Part shown: in pieces, positions 47,489 through 56,363 of the stretch | How the letters are laid out: every line of letters starts with the position of its first letter | Numbering within the stretch: position 1 is the first letter of the stretch | IMG/VR virus record: IMGVR_UViG_3300030329_004250 | Span: 1 to 56,363 of that record | Direction: 5' to 3' (one strand) | From: a virus | Lineage: Duplodnaviria > Caudoviricetes | DNA: 56,363 bases | The notes under the pieces: generated by a model | What the model was told of the DNA's origin: nothing | Seen by the model: only the letters and a program-made list of their open reading frames with translations | The model's database searches: none | Made by a program: the position numbers and the translations under genes

Positions 47489-47982
47489 TTTGTTCTCGCT
47501 AAATTGTTTAAGGTATCCGCCATTTTTCTGAATGGTTCAATAACATCATCATATAAAATTAGCACACTGTGTATCTTCCTCATAAGCTCCCTTAGTTTAA
47601 ATGTTGTTTTACATTTTTCACAAATCATTTGTTCTTTTGCTTCGTATTTTGTGAATTCAGGAAAACTCATAGAAGGAAGATAGTGGTTAATCGCGTCTTT
47701 ATAGGCGGATTCTATTTGTTGGAATATCACCTTGTGCCTATTTCTCTCTGTAATTATACGACTAATGTGGGACTGTATTAGGTATGCACTATGGTAAACA
47801 TCTTCAGAAGACATTTCTGCCATAGTTGCCCTATCAATATTTAAAGACTCGCAAACTGCTGGATCTAGTTTTACCAGCCCTAGGTTGCCACCAATCTCAT
47901 ACTGATTGATAAAACTTTCAATCTTCGCAATAAGTTCTTTTTCTTCTTCACTTATAACGAGTCTATGATCAAGTTTTTCCAT
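47485..47982 (-). CDS. hypothetical helical protein (possible UvsY-like mediator)
   Basis: 165-aa coiled-coil-like ORF between recA and the helicase; function is positional guesswork. Confidence 0.5.
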   Translation of the reverse strand: MEKLDHRLVISEEEKELIAKIESFINQYEIGGNLGLVKLDPAVCESLNIDRATMAEMSSEDVYHSAYLIQSHISRIITERNRHKVIFQQIESAYKDAINHYLPSMSFPEFTKYEAKEQMICEKCKTTFKLRELMRKIHSVLILYDDVIEPFRKMADTLNNLARTK

Positions 47983-48368
47983 TGGTCTTCTTTATTATAA
48001 GGTAGCACAATTATTGTAAAATCGTTTAACTCACACCATTCGATCTTCTTTTTATCTCTTTTACGAGATTTCATGAAGTCGGCTTTTGTCTTGTGAAAGT
48101 GTGAGCAATATTCATAGTGTTGCTTACCATGAACTTCCACAATAATATATTTATTGGGAATAAGAAAGTCTGCATACAGCAGACCAGTAGAAATGGTTTT
48201 AGAGCCGGGAAGAGTTACTTCTTCGTATATCCTCTGATACGGGAACAACTCAGAAAGTAACTCTCTAGCTCTAATATGATGGGAAGATTTATTATCTCGT
48301 CCTGAGTTCCCCCTGAACCTTTTAAAGGTCAGGGCGTGTTCCCTCCCATCAAAGCCGGTAACTTTCAT
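47952..48368 (-). CDS. DUF559/Vsr-like PD-(D/E)XK endonuclease
   Basis: EEV...ADF...IVEVHG.QHY...RD..K..WC. Confidence 0.75.
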   Translation of the reverse strand: MKVTGFDGREHALTFKRFRGNSGRDNKSSHHIRARELLSELFPYQRIYEEVTLPGSKTISTGLLYADFLIPNKYIIVEVHGKQHYEYCSHFHKTKADFMKSRKRDKKKIEWCELNDFTIIVLPYNKEDQWKNLIIDSL

Positions 48369-49396
48369 ACAACAAATTCTTGCAATTCTGTTTCAAGATT
48401 TTTCATAACTTCTACATTTTGTTTTAGAAAATCGTAGAGTTTGGGTACACCTTGGAACTTGTAATTTTTCTCTTGATAGTCTTTGTCGTACTTCTCCATG
48501 AACGGAAGAGAGTACCAAGACCCAGATTTATCAACAACATCAAAAGATTCTGCTAAATCAATAATCTCTTGCACGGCATCGAGACCTTCGTTGTATCTAA
48601 AGTAGCTGGTGGCTTCAGTTCCACTAGCGCCCAAAGAAGATGTCGCAATTTGCCAAAGAATGATCTGCCCGATCTTTTGACCGTCTACCATCCAGGGGTC
48701 ACTCTTTTTAACAGTTATCGCAGTATCAGCTTGATACTGAATTTTGATACCGCCATCAGCGATATGCTTTTTACCATAACCACTGGTGTTAGTAATCAAG
48801 TGCCCAATTAAAACCACAATAGCTCTAGTTCTAGGAATAACCTGACCCATTCTCTTGGTAAAATCAGAGAGAATCTTAGGCAATCCGGGTCGTCGCTCAC
48901 CGTCAACCATTTCATCCAAGTCTCTGGACGGGATTAGACTTGACATTGAATCAATGATAACTACTGCTTCTTCATACTCTTTTTCTTGGAGTAGTTTTTC
49001 TAGTAAACTAAGGAATTCTTCAGCACTTAGGATCTTGTCTTCAGGAGACCTGATCACCTTTATGGCATCTATGTCAAGACCATCAATGCCATCTAAGTTA
49101 TGGCTTTTAAGTCTTCCTTCAGCATCTAGATAAATTACTTTTCTGCCTTCTTTTTGCGCGTTTGCTGCTAGGTGCAGCATGGAACTGGTCTTACCAGTCT
49201 TTGGAAGACCAGTCACAGTAACCCACGAACCCTCTTGGACACCACCATTAAGAGCAAAGTCTAACGCTGGACTAATCTTTAACGTCTTTAAATTCTTCTT
49301 TTCTTCGTACACTTCTCTACCTGTCACTACACACTTTCCCATATTCTTAAGTAACTTCTTAAATTCAGACTGCTTCTTATCTTTTTCTTTACTCAT
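48365..49396 (-). CDS. recA: RecA/UvsX-like recombinase
   Basis: S.ALD.AL.GG, GLPKTGKT, YLDAE, IIDS, GG..I.Y, KSGSWY. Confidence 0.9.
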   Translation of the reverse strand: MSKEKDKKQSEFKKLLKNMGKCVVTGREVYEEKKNLKTLKISPALDFALNGGVQEGSWVTVTGLPKTGKTSSMLHLAANAQKEGRKVIYLDAEGRLKSHNLDGIDGLDIDAIKVIRSPEDKILSAEEFLSLLEKLLQEKEYEEAVVIIDSMSSLIPSRDLDEMVDGERRPGLPKILSDFTKRMGQVIPRTRAIVVLIGHLITNTSGYGKKHIADGGIKIQYQADTAITVKKSDPWMVDGQKIGQIILWQIATSSLGASGTEATSYFRYNEGLDAVQEIIDLAESFDVVDKSGSWYSLPFMEKYDKDYQEKNYKFQGVPKLYDFLKQNVEVMKNLETELQEFVV

Positions 49397-49411
49397 AAAA
49401 ACTTCTTGCCT

Positions 49412-49825
49412 TTAATCTAATTCTGAGAATAAATTCTTTTTGCCTAATGGCTTTCTAGTTGTCCTAACACTCTCATCTGATTTTTCAATAATAGTGTTAT
49501 CAATTTCCTTCTGATATTTCTCAATAATCGGTACGAGTTTCTTGTTACGAAATGAAAGAATATATTTAGCGTCTTTGGAATCAATAGCTTTTGATATTGC
49601 CAGCATAGAATATTTTTGGAGCAATTTATTCGCAGCTACTATTTGCCCTGTGTACTGTCCTTTGTACTTAGGGAGATTCCAAAACTTATCTGGTAGTTTG
49701 CCTTCATTGTTAACAATAGCTCTTTTTTGAAATATTTTTTCACAAAGCCGATTGCCATCAGTTATTTTTGGTTCTTCTTTTTCAGAAAAAGCATCGAACT
49801 GACTATCGTATTTTTTTGACTGCAT
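49412..49825 (-). CDS. hypothetical protein
   Basis: 137 aa; tiles the operon. Confidence 0.7.
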   Translation of the reverse strand: MQSKKYDSQFDAFSEKEEPKITDGNRLCEKIFQKRAIVNNEGKLPDKFWNLPKYKGQYTGQIVAANKLLQKYSMLAISKAIDSKDAKYILSFRNKKLVPIIEKYQKEIDNTIIEKSDESVRTTRKPLGKKNLFSELD

Positions 49826-50141
49826 TGTTATAGTACTTACTTTTCAAACCTGCGCCACGGGATGCATCACCCTGTTGTGATGCTGCCTCGGTCATAACAA
49901 CCACACCATAATCTTCTTTTTTAATCATAAAATCATCAGTCGTCGTCGGTTTCTCTTTTTGTTCTTGTTCTTCTTCTTTTTTCTGCTCCCTTTTCATCTT
50001 CTTTTGATATCGATCTATTACAGCCTCTGGTATACCAAGCTCTATCGCTAGACTTTTAGCGTCTGAATCTGGATGATGGTCTATATAAAACTTTTCTAAC
50101 TTGGTCATCCTATGTCTAGTTGCAGCTTTTTTCTTAGCCAT
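49803..50141 (-). CDS. hypothetical protein with HTH-like segment
   Basis: AKSLAIELGIPEAVIDRY; AGGA SD. Confidence 0.65.
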   Translation of the reverse strand: MAKKKAATRHRMTKLEKFYIDHHPDSDAKSLAIELGIPEAVIDRYQKKMKREQKKEEEQEQKEKPTTTDDFMIKKEDYGVVVMTEAASQQGDASRGAGLKSKYYNNAVKKIR

Positions 50142-50454
50142 ATTGCTTTCTCCTAGCGATTGTCAAAAATCTTTGTTCTCTGGTTTTTAGGTATTTCAAA
50201 TAAGAGTGGAAAGATTCTTCAGTGACTTTCTTGAATGACATTTCTCTTATTTTTCTTCTTGAGCAGTCTTCGCCCCAAGGATCAATAAGAACATTCATTT
50301 TACAAAGTATGAAATGACTAATTGAATTGATTTGGTCTGAGACTTTTTCTATCTTTTTAGCAAAGCAATGCTCATTGTCTACGCACTCTTTACCTTTGTC
50401 ATTATAAAAGATTTCATTATACTGGATCGGCCTGAAAAACTCATCCATTGTCAA
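50134..50454 (-). CDS. hypothetical protein
   Basis: 106 aa; GAGG SD; overlaps neighbours. Confidence 0.7.
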   Translation of the reverse strand: MTMDEFFRPIQYNEIFYNDKGKECVDNEHCFAKKIEKVSDQINSISHFILCKMNVLIDPWGEDCSRRKIREMSFKKVTEESFHSYLKYLKTREQRFLTIARRKQYG

Positions 50455-50782
50455 TATACCTCTGCTTTTGGGATTCGCTCATTTTTCCTATTTGCTTAAT
50501 TTCTTCATTATATTTCTTTAATCCAGCATCCGTTTCTTCTTTTGTTTTCGCTCTCTTGTCCTGCAACTCATAATGTCCCATTTTTTTTGTATTGTGTTCG
50601 GCAAGCTGACCTAGAGTTGTCGCCTCGCCTCTGGTGAATACATGAATACCACCAAAAAGTATTCTGTCAAGGGTCATTTTGGAACATTTTGGACATTTCT
50701 TCTTTGGTGCATCATTTATACTTTGTATAACATCTTGCCACAAAAATCCACAGTGATTACATCCGTAATCATAAGTTGGCAT
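50441..50782 (-). CDS. FmdB-family zinc-ribbon protein
   Basis: MPTYDY.C..CG.....Q........CPKC. Confidence 0.85.
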   Translation of the reverse strand: MPTYDYGCNHCGFLWQDVIQSINDAPKKKCPKCSKMTLDRILFGGIHVFTRGEATTLGQLAEHNTKKMGHYELQDKRAKTKEETDAGLKKYNEEIKQIGKMSESQKQRYIDNG

Positions 50783-51146
50783 CTACAGACCTCGGTATAA
50801 AATAGTCGTGCATATATAAAAATAACCATATTTGAAAAAGGAAAACACCTACTGTCACCCTATGTGCTCTTATTCTGCCGTCTCTTTTTGATAGTAAAAA
50901 CCAGTTTTGTAAAAAACCTAAAACCAAAACAGTGCCAGCAACTTTTAATCCCATAAATAGTGATATATCATCCGCATCATATTTTATTAACATCCTACCG
51001 AATGGATTTTCTTCCATCTGTGGAAGCATTTCTCTCCATTTTATCGCATAGTATACATCAATTGCAGATATAAATCCAATTAAATACCATACGATATTAA
51101 AAGTCCAAACTATATAGGATGTTCCTCCTTTTTTACTAGCTCGCAT
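50769..51146 (-). CDS. membrane protein (DUF5658-like)
   Basis: Three hydrophobic segments with D...EENP...K pattern. Confidence 0.55.
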   Translation of the reverse strand: MRASKKGGTSYIVWTFNIVWYLIGFISAIDVYYAIKWREMLPQMEENPFGRMLIKYDADDISLFMGLKVAGTVLVLGFLQNWFLLSKRDGRIRAHRVTVGVFLFQIWLFLYMHDYFIPRSVDANL

Positions 51147-51325
51147 TCTACAACCCTAACGCTATCGAATGATAGTCTTTTATTTTTGGGTAGTTTCTTG
51201 TTTTTATTTTTTATATAGTTCTTAGCAGCAGTTTTTGCTGTTCCTAGTGTTTTGTAACACCAAGTTCCTCGATAGGTTCTTATAGGATTATCTTGGTTGT
51301 CTCGAATAAGATAAATCTTGTTCAT
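51110..51325 (-). CDS. hypothetical basic protein
   Basis: 71 aa; tiles the operon. Confidence 0.6.
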   Translation of the reverse strand: MNKIYLIRDNQDNPIRTYRGTWCYKTLGTAKTAAKNYIKNKNKKLPKNKRLSFDSVRVVECELVKKEEHPI

Positions 51326-51989
51326 CTTCTAGTGCCACCAGAATACAACTGATTATTGAATTACGTTGTATATCATTGTGGTTAAATTCGCAAATACCAA
51401 CACCCTTTATATCATTCAATTTGTTTATACATATTCTTAAACCACTACCATCTTTTAAGTCAGTTTGTTTTATATCACCATTTATAATTACTTTACTATT
51501 TTCTCCAATTCTGGTGATAAACATTTTTATTTGATCTAAAGTACAATTTTGAGCCTCGTCTAAAATCATATATGAGTTGTGAAAACTGGCACCCCTCATT
51601 AATTCAAGTGGCTCAAACTTTATTATATCCTCTTCAATCAGTCTGTTGAATCTTTTATTGCCCAAAAAGAATTTTAAATTCTCTTCCATTGGTTTGAGAT
51701 AAGGCTTTACCTTGTCATCAACCTCGCCGGGAACAGCACCTAAATTCTTTCCTGCACAAACCAGCGGTCTAGTGACAATAATCTGGGATGTTTTATCGTG
51801 ATTTAGATGTTCTGCCGCGATTCCTGCCGCCACAAAACTTTTGCCAGTTCCACTAGGACCAAAACAGAATGTAATATCATTCTCTACAATTGAGAGAATG
51901 TAAGCCTTTTGGTTCTTAGTTTTTGCCCTTAGTGATTTTACTTTGTCTCCTTCAAAAAAGTCCTCTTGACTTCTTTTTTCTTTTCGCAT
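51288..51989 (-). CDS. phoH: PhoH-family ATPase
   Basis: GPSGTGKS, TRP, LG..PG, MRG.SF, LDEAQN, TRIG, GD..QTD; start moved to ATG 51989. Confidence 0.92.
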   Translation of the reverse strand: MRKEKRSQEDFFEGDKVKSLRAKTKNQKAYILSIVENDITFCFGPSGTGKSFVAAGIAAEHLNHDKTSQIIVTRPLVCAGKNLGAVPGEVDDKVKPYLKPMEENLKFFLGNKRFNRLIEEDIIKFEPLELMRGASFHNSYMILDEAQNCTLDQIKMFITRIGENSKVIINGDIKQTDLKDGSGLRICINKLNDIKGVGICEFNHNDIQRNSIISCILVALEDEQDLSYSRQPR

Positions 51990-51990
51990 A

Positions 51991-52422
51991 TTATTTACCT
52001 GATGAACCAAAACCTGATGAACCACGATCTGTATCGTCTAGTTCCTCAGTCTCCACCAGATCGAAGTGCGGCACTTTCTGGAAGAGGATCTGCGCAATCC
52101 TATCACCTCTGTTTATAAAATAGATATTATCTTCATGAGAAGAACGGCTATTGGATAAAGCCACTTTTACCTCTCCTCGATAACTGGAATCTACTACTCC
52201 TGCGTGACGGTGAATTCCTTTACTACCAAGTCCAGATCTGTCCCAAATTAGCCCTGCGTAACCATCTGGTGTAGCAAAGGCAATTCCGGTACTAATTAGT
52301 TTTGTATCTTCTGGATAAATCGCAACGTCTTCATCTGCGTATAGGTCATATCCAGCATCAGTTGTTCTAGATTTCGTTGGGACAATTGCTGTATCAGTTA
52401 GTTTTTTTACTTTAATTTCCAT
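51991..52422 (-). CDS. dut: trimeric dUTPase
   Basis: AGYDL, RSG, GVVD..YRGE, GDRIAQ, RG..GFGSSG; start moved to ATG 52422 (AAGGA SD). Confidence 0.95.
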   Translation of the reverse strand: MEIKVKKLTDTAIVPTKSRTTDAGYDLYADEDVAIYPEDTKLISTGIAFATPDGYAGLIWDRSGLGSKGIHRHAGVVDSSYRGEVKVALSNSRSSHEDNIYFINRGDRIAQILFQKVPHFDLVETEELDDTDRGSSGFGSSGK

Positions 52423-52579
52423 TTTTACTATCCTTCTCAGTTTTGTAAAACCCGTAGGCAAAAATTCCGCTTGTTAGCGACTGTATCAATAGGTAGTAAA
52501 GTACTACTGATCCATGAAATATAAAAAATAGTGCAGTCCAAAATGCTAAAGATGTAATTATTAGGTTGGATAGCTTCAT
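52412..52579 (-). CDS. 55-aa membrane protein not in the ORF track
   Basis: MKLSNLIITSLAFWTALFFIFHGSVVLYYLLIQSLTSGIFAYGFYKTEKDSKNGN*; ATGA overlap with the RNR stop; overlaps the dut start. Confidence 0.65.
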   Translation of the reverse strand: MKLSNLIITSLAFWTALFFIFHGSVVLYYLLIQSLTSGIFAYGFYKTEKDSKNGN

Positions 52580-54783
52580 AGTTTTGTTACTTCGCAGTAT
52601 CCACCAGCACAGGCTGATTCACCTTCGAAATTAGTTACATCATTTTCCTCGATAACATTTTTAAAATCAACATCTACATATTCTCTTTTGAGTTCCGTCC
52701 ACAATTTATAATTGTACACATCCTTCATGCAATAAGTCAGGTTTTTAACTTGTGAGTTAAAGTATTTATCAGAAAATTTCTTACATCTTTTGATCCATTC
52801 ATGCTTGGCTTCACCCTTGGGTTTAGCCCCAATACCAAGTAATGAATCACAAGCTGCCCAGAGATTATCTTCCCAAAGTTTCAGGGCAGCTTCAATAAGT
52901 CCACTGACAAACATTGCACCATCACCATAATGGCTTACTACCTTACTAGGTAGGTAGACAGCCGTAAAGGGTGCTTGTGGATAATCTTTGTCTCCAGTAA
53001 CTGGTAAAAGAGATATTCCGCAGAACCATTTTCTGTTGTCGTAGATGAAATCTTCTACATCACCCCATTCTTCAGCAGTTACGTTAATTGTATTGCTAAC
53101 ATTGTGTACTAGCCAAGGCTGAGTGCATAGATTTTTATTAGTGCCACCAATGACCCAATTCTGCTGCGTAGATTTCACAGATTTAAGTAGATCAATAGCA
53201 CTGATTTGATTCTTGGTTTTTGATCCGTCTGGAACTTCGATACAGAATGAAATCACATCATCTGTGTCATTTGCAGACCAGACAGATTCCTCACAGGCAC
53301 GAGGATTGATAGACTGGAAGTACTTGTAGATGTCTTCCATCTTGTTAGCCTGAACACGCCTGATGTACCGTTTAGCGTGGTGTGGGTGAATTCCAGAGGA
53401 AGTACCCAAGATGCAACTCGCTGTCCCTTCTGGCTTGACACAGGTGCATCTGGCAGCTTGGTTGATAGCGATCTTCTTGGCTATCTCTTTGTTGACCTGT
53501 TTTACAATTTTTGCCGCTTCTTTTTGGATGGTTGGTGATAGACAGATTTCATGCTGCTCCATGATACCGGTCATCGAAACACCAATAAGTGCTTCTCTAT
53601 CAATAATTGACCTACTGGTTTCTTCTAGATAACCAACATCTGTAAAACCAGCTTGTAAAGTGCCAATAATAGTTGCTGCTCTAGCGGCTTCGAAGAACTC
53701 TTCTTCAGTCTTTACTTTTGAGCAATTGATAGTAGATAGATTGCACGCCTGCCAACCAGACTTGCCAGTCTCTTCACAGACCGGCCAGAACGAAATCTCT
53801 ACACATGGGTTGACAAGAAGTTCTGTACTGTCAGACCAAACAAAACCTGGCTCACCAAATTCTTTGACAGATTGCATAAGTTCTGAAAATTGCTCTTTTG
53901 TAGTCTCGTCACGGACTAATAAAGCTGAGTTATTTGATCGACCTCGCTGCGGATTTTCTGCAAACCAGTTACCGGTTTTAGCCTGTGCCATTTCCTTATC
54001 ATCAGGCGAGAATACTGCAATCGTCGCAGACCTTCTAACGCCGCCTGAAATAACAGCGTCAGCACTGTGCATAATAATATCATAGCAATTAATTGGACTT
54101 AATCTTCTGCCACTCTTGATTACAGAATCCAGAAGTTCTCTAATTTTAGTTAATGTGTTTTTTAGGGGTTCTGGACCGGGAGCTTTACCTCCGTGAGATA
54201 GTGGCGTTCCCGCTTCTCTAATAAGAGAATAATCAAAAGAGATGTTCTTACCTAGATATTCTTCTGCGGCATGAACATTGTCATCCCAGTGCGGTGATTT
54301 GATATTAAAATACGATCCAACCAGAACACCAATAGCGTCAGACCAGCCCTCGATAGAATCTTGGATCATCCATTTCCTACTGCCGCCCTTTTCCTTTACT
54401 AAGGTTGGTAGATTTTTGACATGGTGCTTCTGTACTGAAAAGCCTGTGCCACAGCCACACAGTAGTAGGTACATGCACTCTTGGAAAAATCGCGGTCTGT
54501 CGCAAAAGCTCGATATGCAGTTAAACATCCTCATATTATGTTTGAGGATAGGTGATCCGCCAAACTGCAAAGCTCGCTGTGAACCTAATGCACGACGCTT
54601 TCGCATCATTTCATAAGCCCACTCAATATCTTCATGAACATCTGGAAAATCAGCATACTTTTCCAGCATCATTTTCTTAACGCGATCTACAGTTTCAGAC
54701 CAAGTTTCTCTTCTCTTTTTATCATTTAAATGTCTTGCATATTTTGAAACAAAGGTGTAGTCTTGTAGAGCTTTAATCGACAT
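52576..54783 (-). CDS. nrdJ: class II (adenosylcobalamin-dependent) ribonucleotide reductase
   Basis: RETW.ETV.R, FNC, GG.RRSA, NPCVEI, CNL, VKPEGT, C-terminal CAGGYC; no beta-subunit gene adjacent. Confidence 0.8.
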   Translation of the reverse strand: MSIKALQDYTFVSKYARHLNDKKRRETWSETVDRVKKMMLEKYADFPDVHEDIEWAYEMMRKRRALGSQRALQFGGSPILKHNMRMFNCISSFCDRPRFFQECMYLLLCGCGTGFSVQKHHVKNLPTLVKEKGGSRKWMIQDSIEGWSDAIGVLVGSYFNIKSPHWDDNVHAAEEYLGKNISFDYSLIREAGTPLSHGGKAPGPEPLKNTLTKIRELLDSVIKSGRRLSPINCYDIIMHSADAVISGGVRRSATIAVFSPDDKEMAQAKTGNWFAENPQRGRSNNSALLVRDETTKEQFSELMQSVKEFGEPGFVWSDSTELLVNPCVEISFWPVCEETGKSGWQACNLSTINCSKVKTEEEFFEAARAATIIGTLQAGFTDVGYLEETSRSIIDREALIGVSMTGIMEQHEICLSPTIQKEAAKIVKQVNKEIAKKIAINQAARCTCVKPEGTASCILGTSSGIHPHHAKRYIRRVQANKMEDIYKYFQSINPRACEESVWSANDTDDVISFCIEVPDGSKTKNQISAIDLLKSVKSTQQNWVIGGTNKNLCTQPWLVHNVSNTINVTAEEWGDVEDFIYDNRKWFCGISLLPVTGDKDYPQAPFTAVYLPSKVVSHYGDGAMFVSGLIEAALKLWEDNLWAACDSLLGIGAKPKGEAKHEWIKRCKKFSDKYFNSQVKNLTYCMKDVYNYKLWTELKREYVDVDFKNVIEENDVTNFEGESACAGGYCEVTKL

Positions 54784-54785
54784 TT

Positions 54786-55298
54786 TTACCCTAAGTAAGA
54801 AAAGTACTTTTTATTACCTTGTGCAAATTGCACGAATTTATCCATATCAAAATCAACATAAGAAATTTTCAGTCCGCTTCTTAGTAGAAGCTGCAATACT
54901 TGTTCTTCTTCTTCTGAATAGTTTTTAACTGAGGGTGGTACATTTTCAAAACTCATGCAATCTTTTGGTATGTACCATTCTCTAATATTATTTTGCCATA
55001 GTAACTTAGAACAGTTAAGGCATGGCATCCTAGTGCAATATAGAGAAGCACTACTAGGTTTTATTACTAAATTAGATAGTGCATTCGCCTCGGCATGGAC
55101 AACGTACTTGTATTTTCCGGGCCGAGTCGTGTCAAGACCATTTTCCTCGATTCCTGAACAAAATCCATTATATCCTCTGGAGATTTCTTTCTTCTCAGAG
55201 TCTACCAAAATGGCACCAACTTTTGACTGGGTATCGTGACTACGAAACGACGCCAGAAAAGCTGATGCCATAAAATATTCATGCCAACTTGGTCGCAT
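54786..55298 (-). CDS. dCMP deaminase
   Basis: RPSW.EYFM, VGA, GYNG, HAEANA, PC..C. Confidence 0.92.
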   Translation of the reverse strand: MRPSWHEYFMASAFLASFRSHDTQSKVGAILVDSEKKEISRGYNGFCSGIEENGLDTTRPGKYKYVVHAEANALSNLVIKPSSASLYCTRMPCLNCSKLLWQNNIREWYIPKDCMSFENVPPSVKNYSEEEEQVLQLLLRSGLKISYVDFDMDKFVQFAQGNKKYFSYLG

Positions 55299-55547
55299 TT
55301 ATCTTCCTATCGATAGAGCCATGATTTTATACTGTTCTGTATAATCAATGCCTTTGTGTATTAACTTTCTTGAGTTATACTTTTTTATAAAATCTTTCTC
55401 TTCGTCGTTTAAATGCTCACCTTTTGCGACTCTAGATAAATTCTGTGTAGCAAACTTGAAAGCAATGCCTGTGAGAGGATCTTTTAAAATTCCTATAATC
55501 GTTCCTAAAGACCCTCCTATACCCATAGATATTAAGAGGGATGCCAT
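55299..55547 (-). CDS. hypothetical protein with hydrophobic N-terminus
   Basis: 82 aa; AGGAG SD. Confidence 0.65.
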   Translation of the reverse strand: MASLLISMGIGGSLGTIIGILKDPLTGIAFKFATQNLSRVAKGEHLNDEEKDFIKKYNSRKLIHKGIDYTEQYKIMALSIGR

Positions 55548-55550
55548 GAC

Positions 55551-56363
55551 TTACTCCTGTGGTGTGGGTTTTGGTTCTTGCTTTTTAGGCTTCTCTTCAG
55601 ATTTCAGTCCGAGTTTTTTCATAGCTCTATTTGCAAGAAAACCCCTGATTCCACCACTCGCGTGACTAGCACCTATTAAAGCTAATAGTGCGGCAATCAC
55701 TCTTTGGAAAATTGTCCTCTCTTCTTCATCTTCGTCTTGAGATTTTTTGAGTTCCTCGATGGCTGGCCCCAGATTTTTAATAACTGTTCCGGTAATCTCG
55801 TCTTTTGATGGAACGACAATACCAGCAACATTGCCCTTGAGGTCTCCAAGGTCTGCTTTGATCTCGGAAACAATAGCGTCTTTAAGAGACACTTCTTTTT
55901 CTTCTGGAGTCTGGTCTGCTACTGTCAGAGACTCTGTAATAGCAACATACGACGCTTTATGGATTCTCTCAAAGACAATCTCAACGGGAGTACCCTCTGG
56001 GATTTTATCTTTGACAGATCTTTCTACTTTACCAGCAATTAGTGATTTAAGTCCAAGACTTTGTTTCTTAACAAGGACTATGATGTAGAACGGACTTGGA
56101 TCAACTCCAGCAGCCTGAGTAAATGAGGCATACCTATTCGGTTGTGTTCTTTCATCAACAAAGAATAGATTCGCCTTGCCTTCAAATACCTCAGCATTTG
56201 CTCTTTGCAGTGGACCTTTGATAGCCTTAAGAGCAATCGTAGCAACCTTGTTCCTGACGTAACCTAGATCATTTTTCTTGGCTGCCACTATTATTGATAC
56301 GTTCTCCCAATCAATCACCTCTTCTGTTGGTGCTGGTGGTGCGTCTTCATCTGGTGGCGGCGG
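55551..56363 (-). CDS. 5'-truncated hypothetical protein with Pro-rich linker and C-terminal hydrophobic helix
   Basis: Frame stays open to the window edge (PPPPDEDAPPAPTEEVIDW...); VIAALLALIGA segment. Confidence 0.7.
   Translation of the reverse strand, partial: PPPPDEDAPPAPTEEVIDWENVSIIVAAKKNDLGYVRNKVATIALKAIKGPLQRANAEVFEGKANLFFVDERTQPNRYASFTQAAGVDPSPFYIIVLVKKQSLGLKSLIAGKVERSVKDKIPEGTPVEIVFERIHKASYVAITESLTVADQTPEEKEVSLKDAIVSEIKADLGDLKGNVAGIVVPSKDEITGTVIKNLGPAIEELKKSQDEDEEERTIFQRVIAALLALIGASHASGGIRGFLANRAMKKLGLKSEEKPKKQEPKPTPQE

Noticed and set aside
51997-52025. Direct repeat ACCTGATGAACCA x2
   Set aside because: Explained by the dUTPase motif V coding sequence (GSSGFGSSG).
675-56088. 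Many short antisense or out-of-frame ORFs in the track (e.g. 10182..10685, 36843..37256, 53660..54085)
   Set aside because: They are nested in long genes with recognisable motifs or tight tiling and have no motifs of their own; shadow ORFs.
1-56363. Stop-codon reassignment explaining the fragmented polymerase
   Set aside because: Standard-code ORFs tile the window densely, TAA, TAG and TGA all end well-defined genes, and whole genes lie between the fragments.

Overview
A 56-kb, gene-dense, AT-rich fragment of a large tailed dsDNA phage; both terminal genes are cut by the window edges. It has two convergent arms that meet at 28140/28141. The + arm (1-28140) is a virion module: probable neck and tail-completion genes, a major tail protein, a 2123-aa tape measure, baseplate/tail proteins and a 2370-aa Cys-rich protein with a C-terminal vWA-like domain. 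No sheath gene is recognisable, so the tail may be long and non-contractile. The - arm (28141-56363) covers replication, recombination and nucleotide metabolism (NrdJ-type RNR, dCMP deaminase, dUTPase, PhoH, RecA, DnaB, primase, dNMP kinase, Cas4-like nuclease, SSB, sigma factor, Rad52-like annealase) plus a glycosyltransferase cluster. Two things stand out. (1) A dispersed non-coding hairpin motif occurs three times, each at a stop codon of the replication arm. It has two covarying stems around a two-fold symmetric 10x10-nt internal loop and a variable apical loop, and I cannot assign it to a known family. (2) The DnaE-type polymerase is split into three genes without intein or intron signatures, interleaved with a LAGLIDADG endonuclease, a DEDDh exonuclease and a non-specific nuclease. 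All assignments come from motif recognition by eye; no searches were run.
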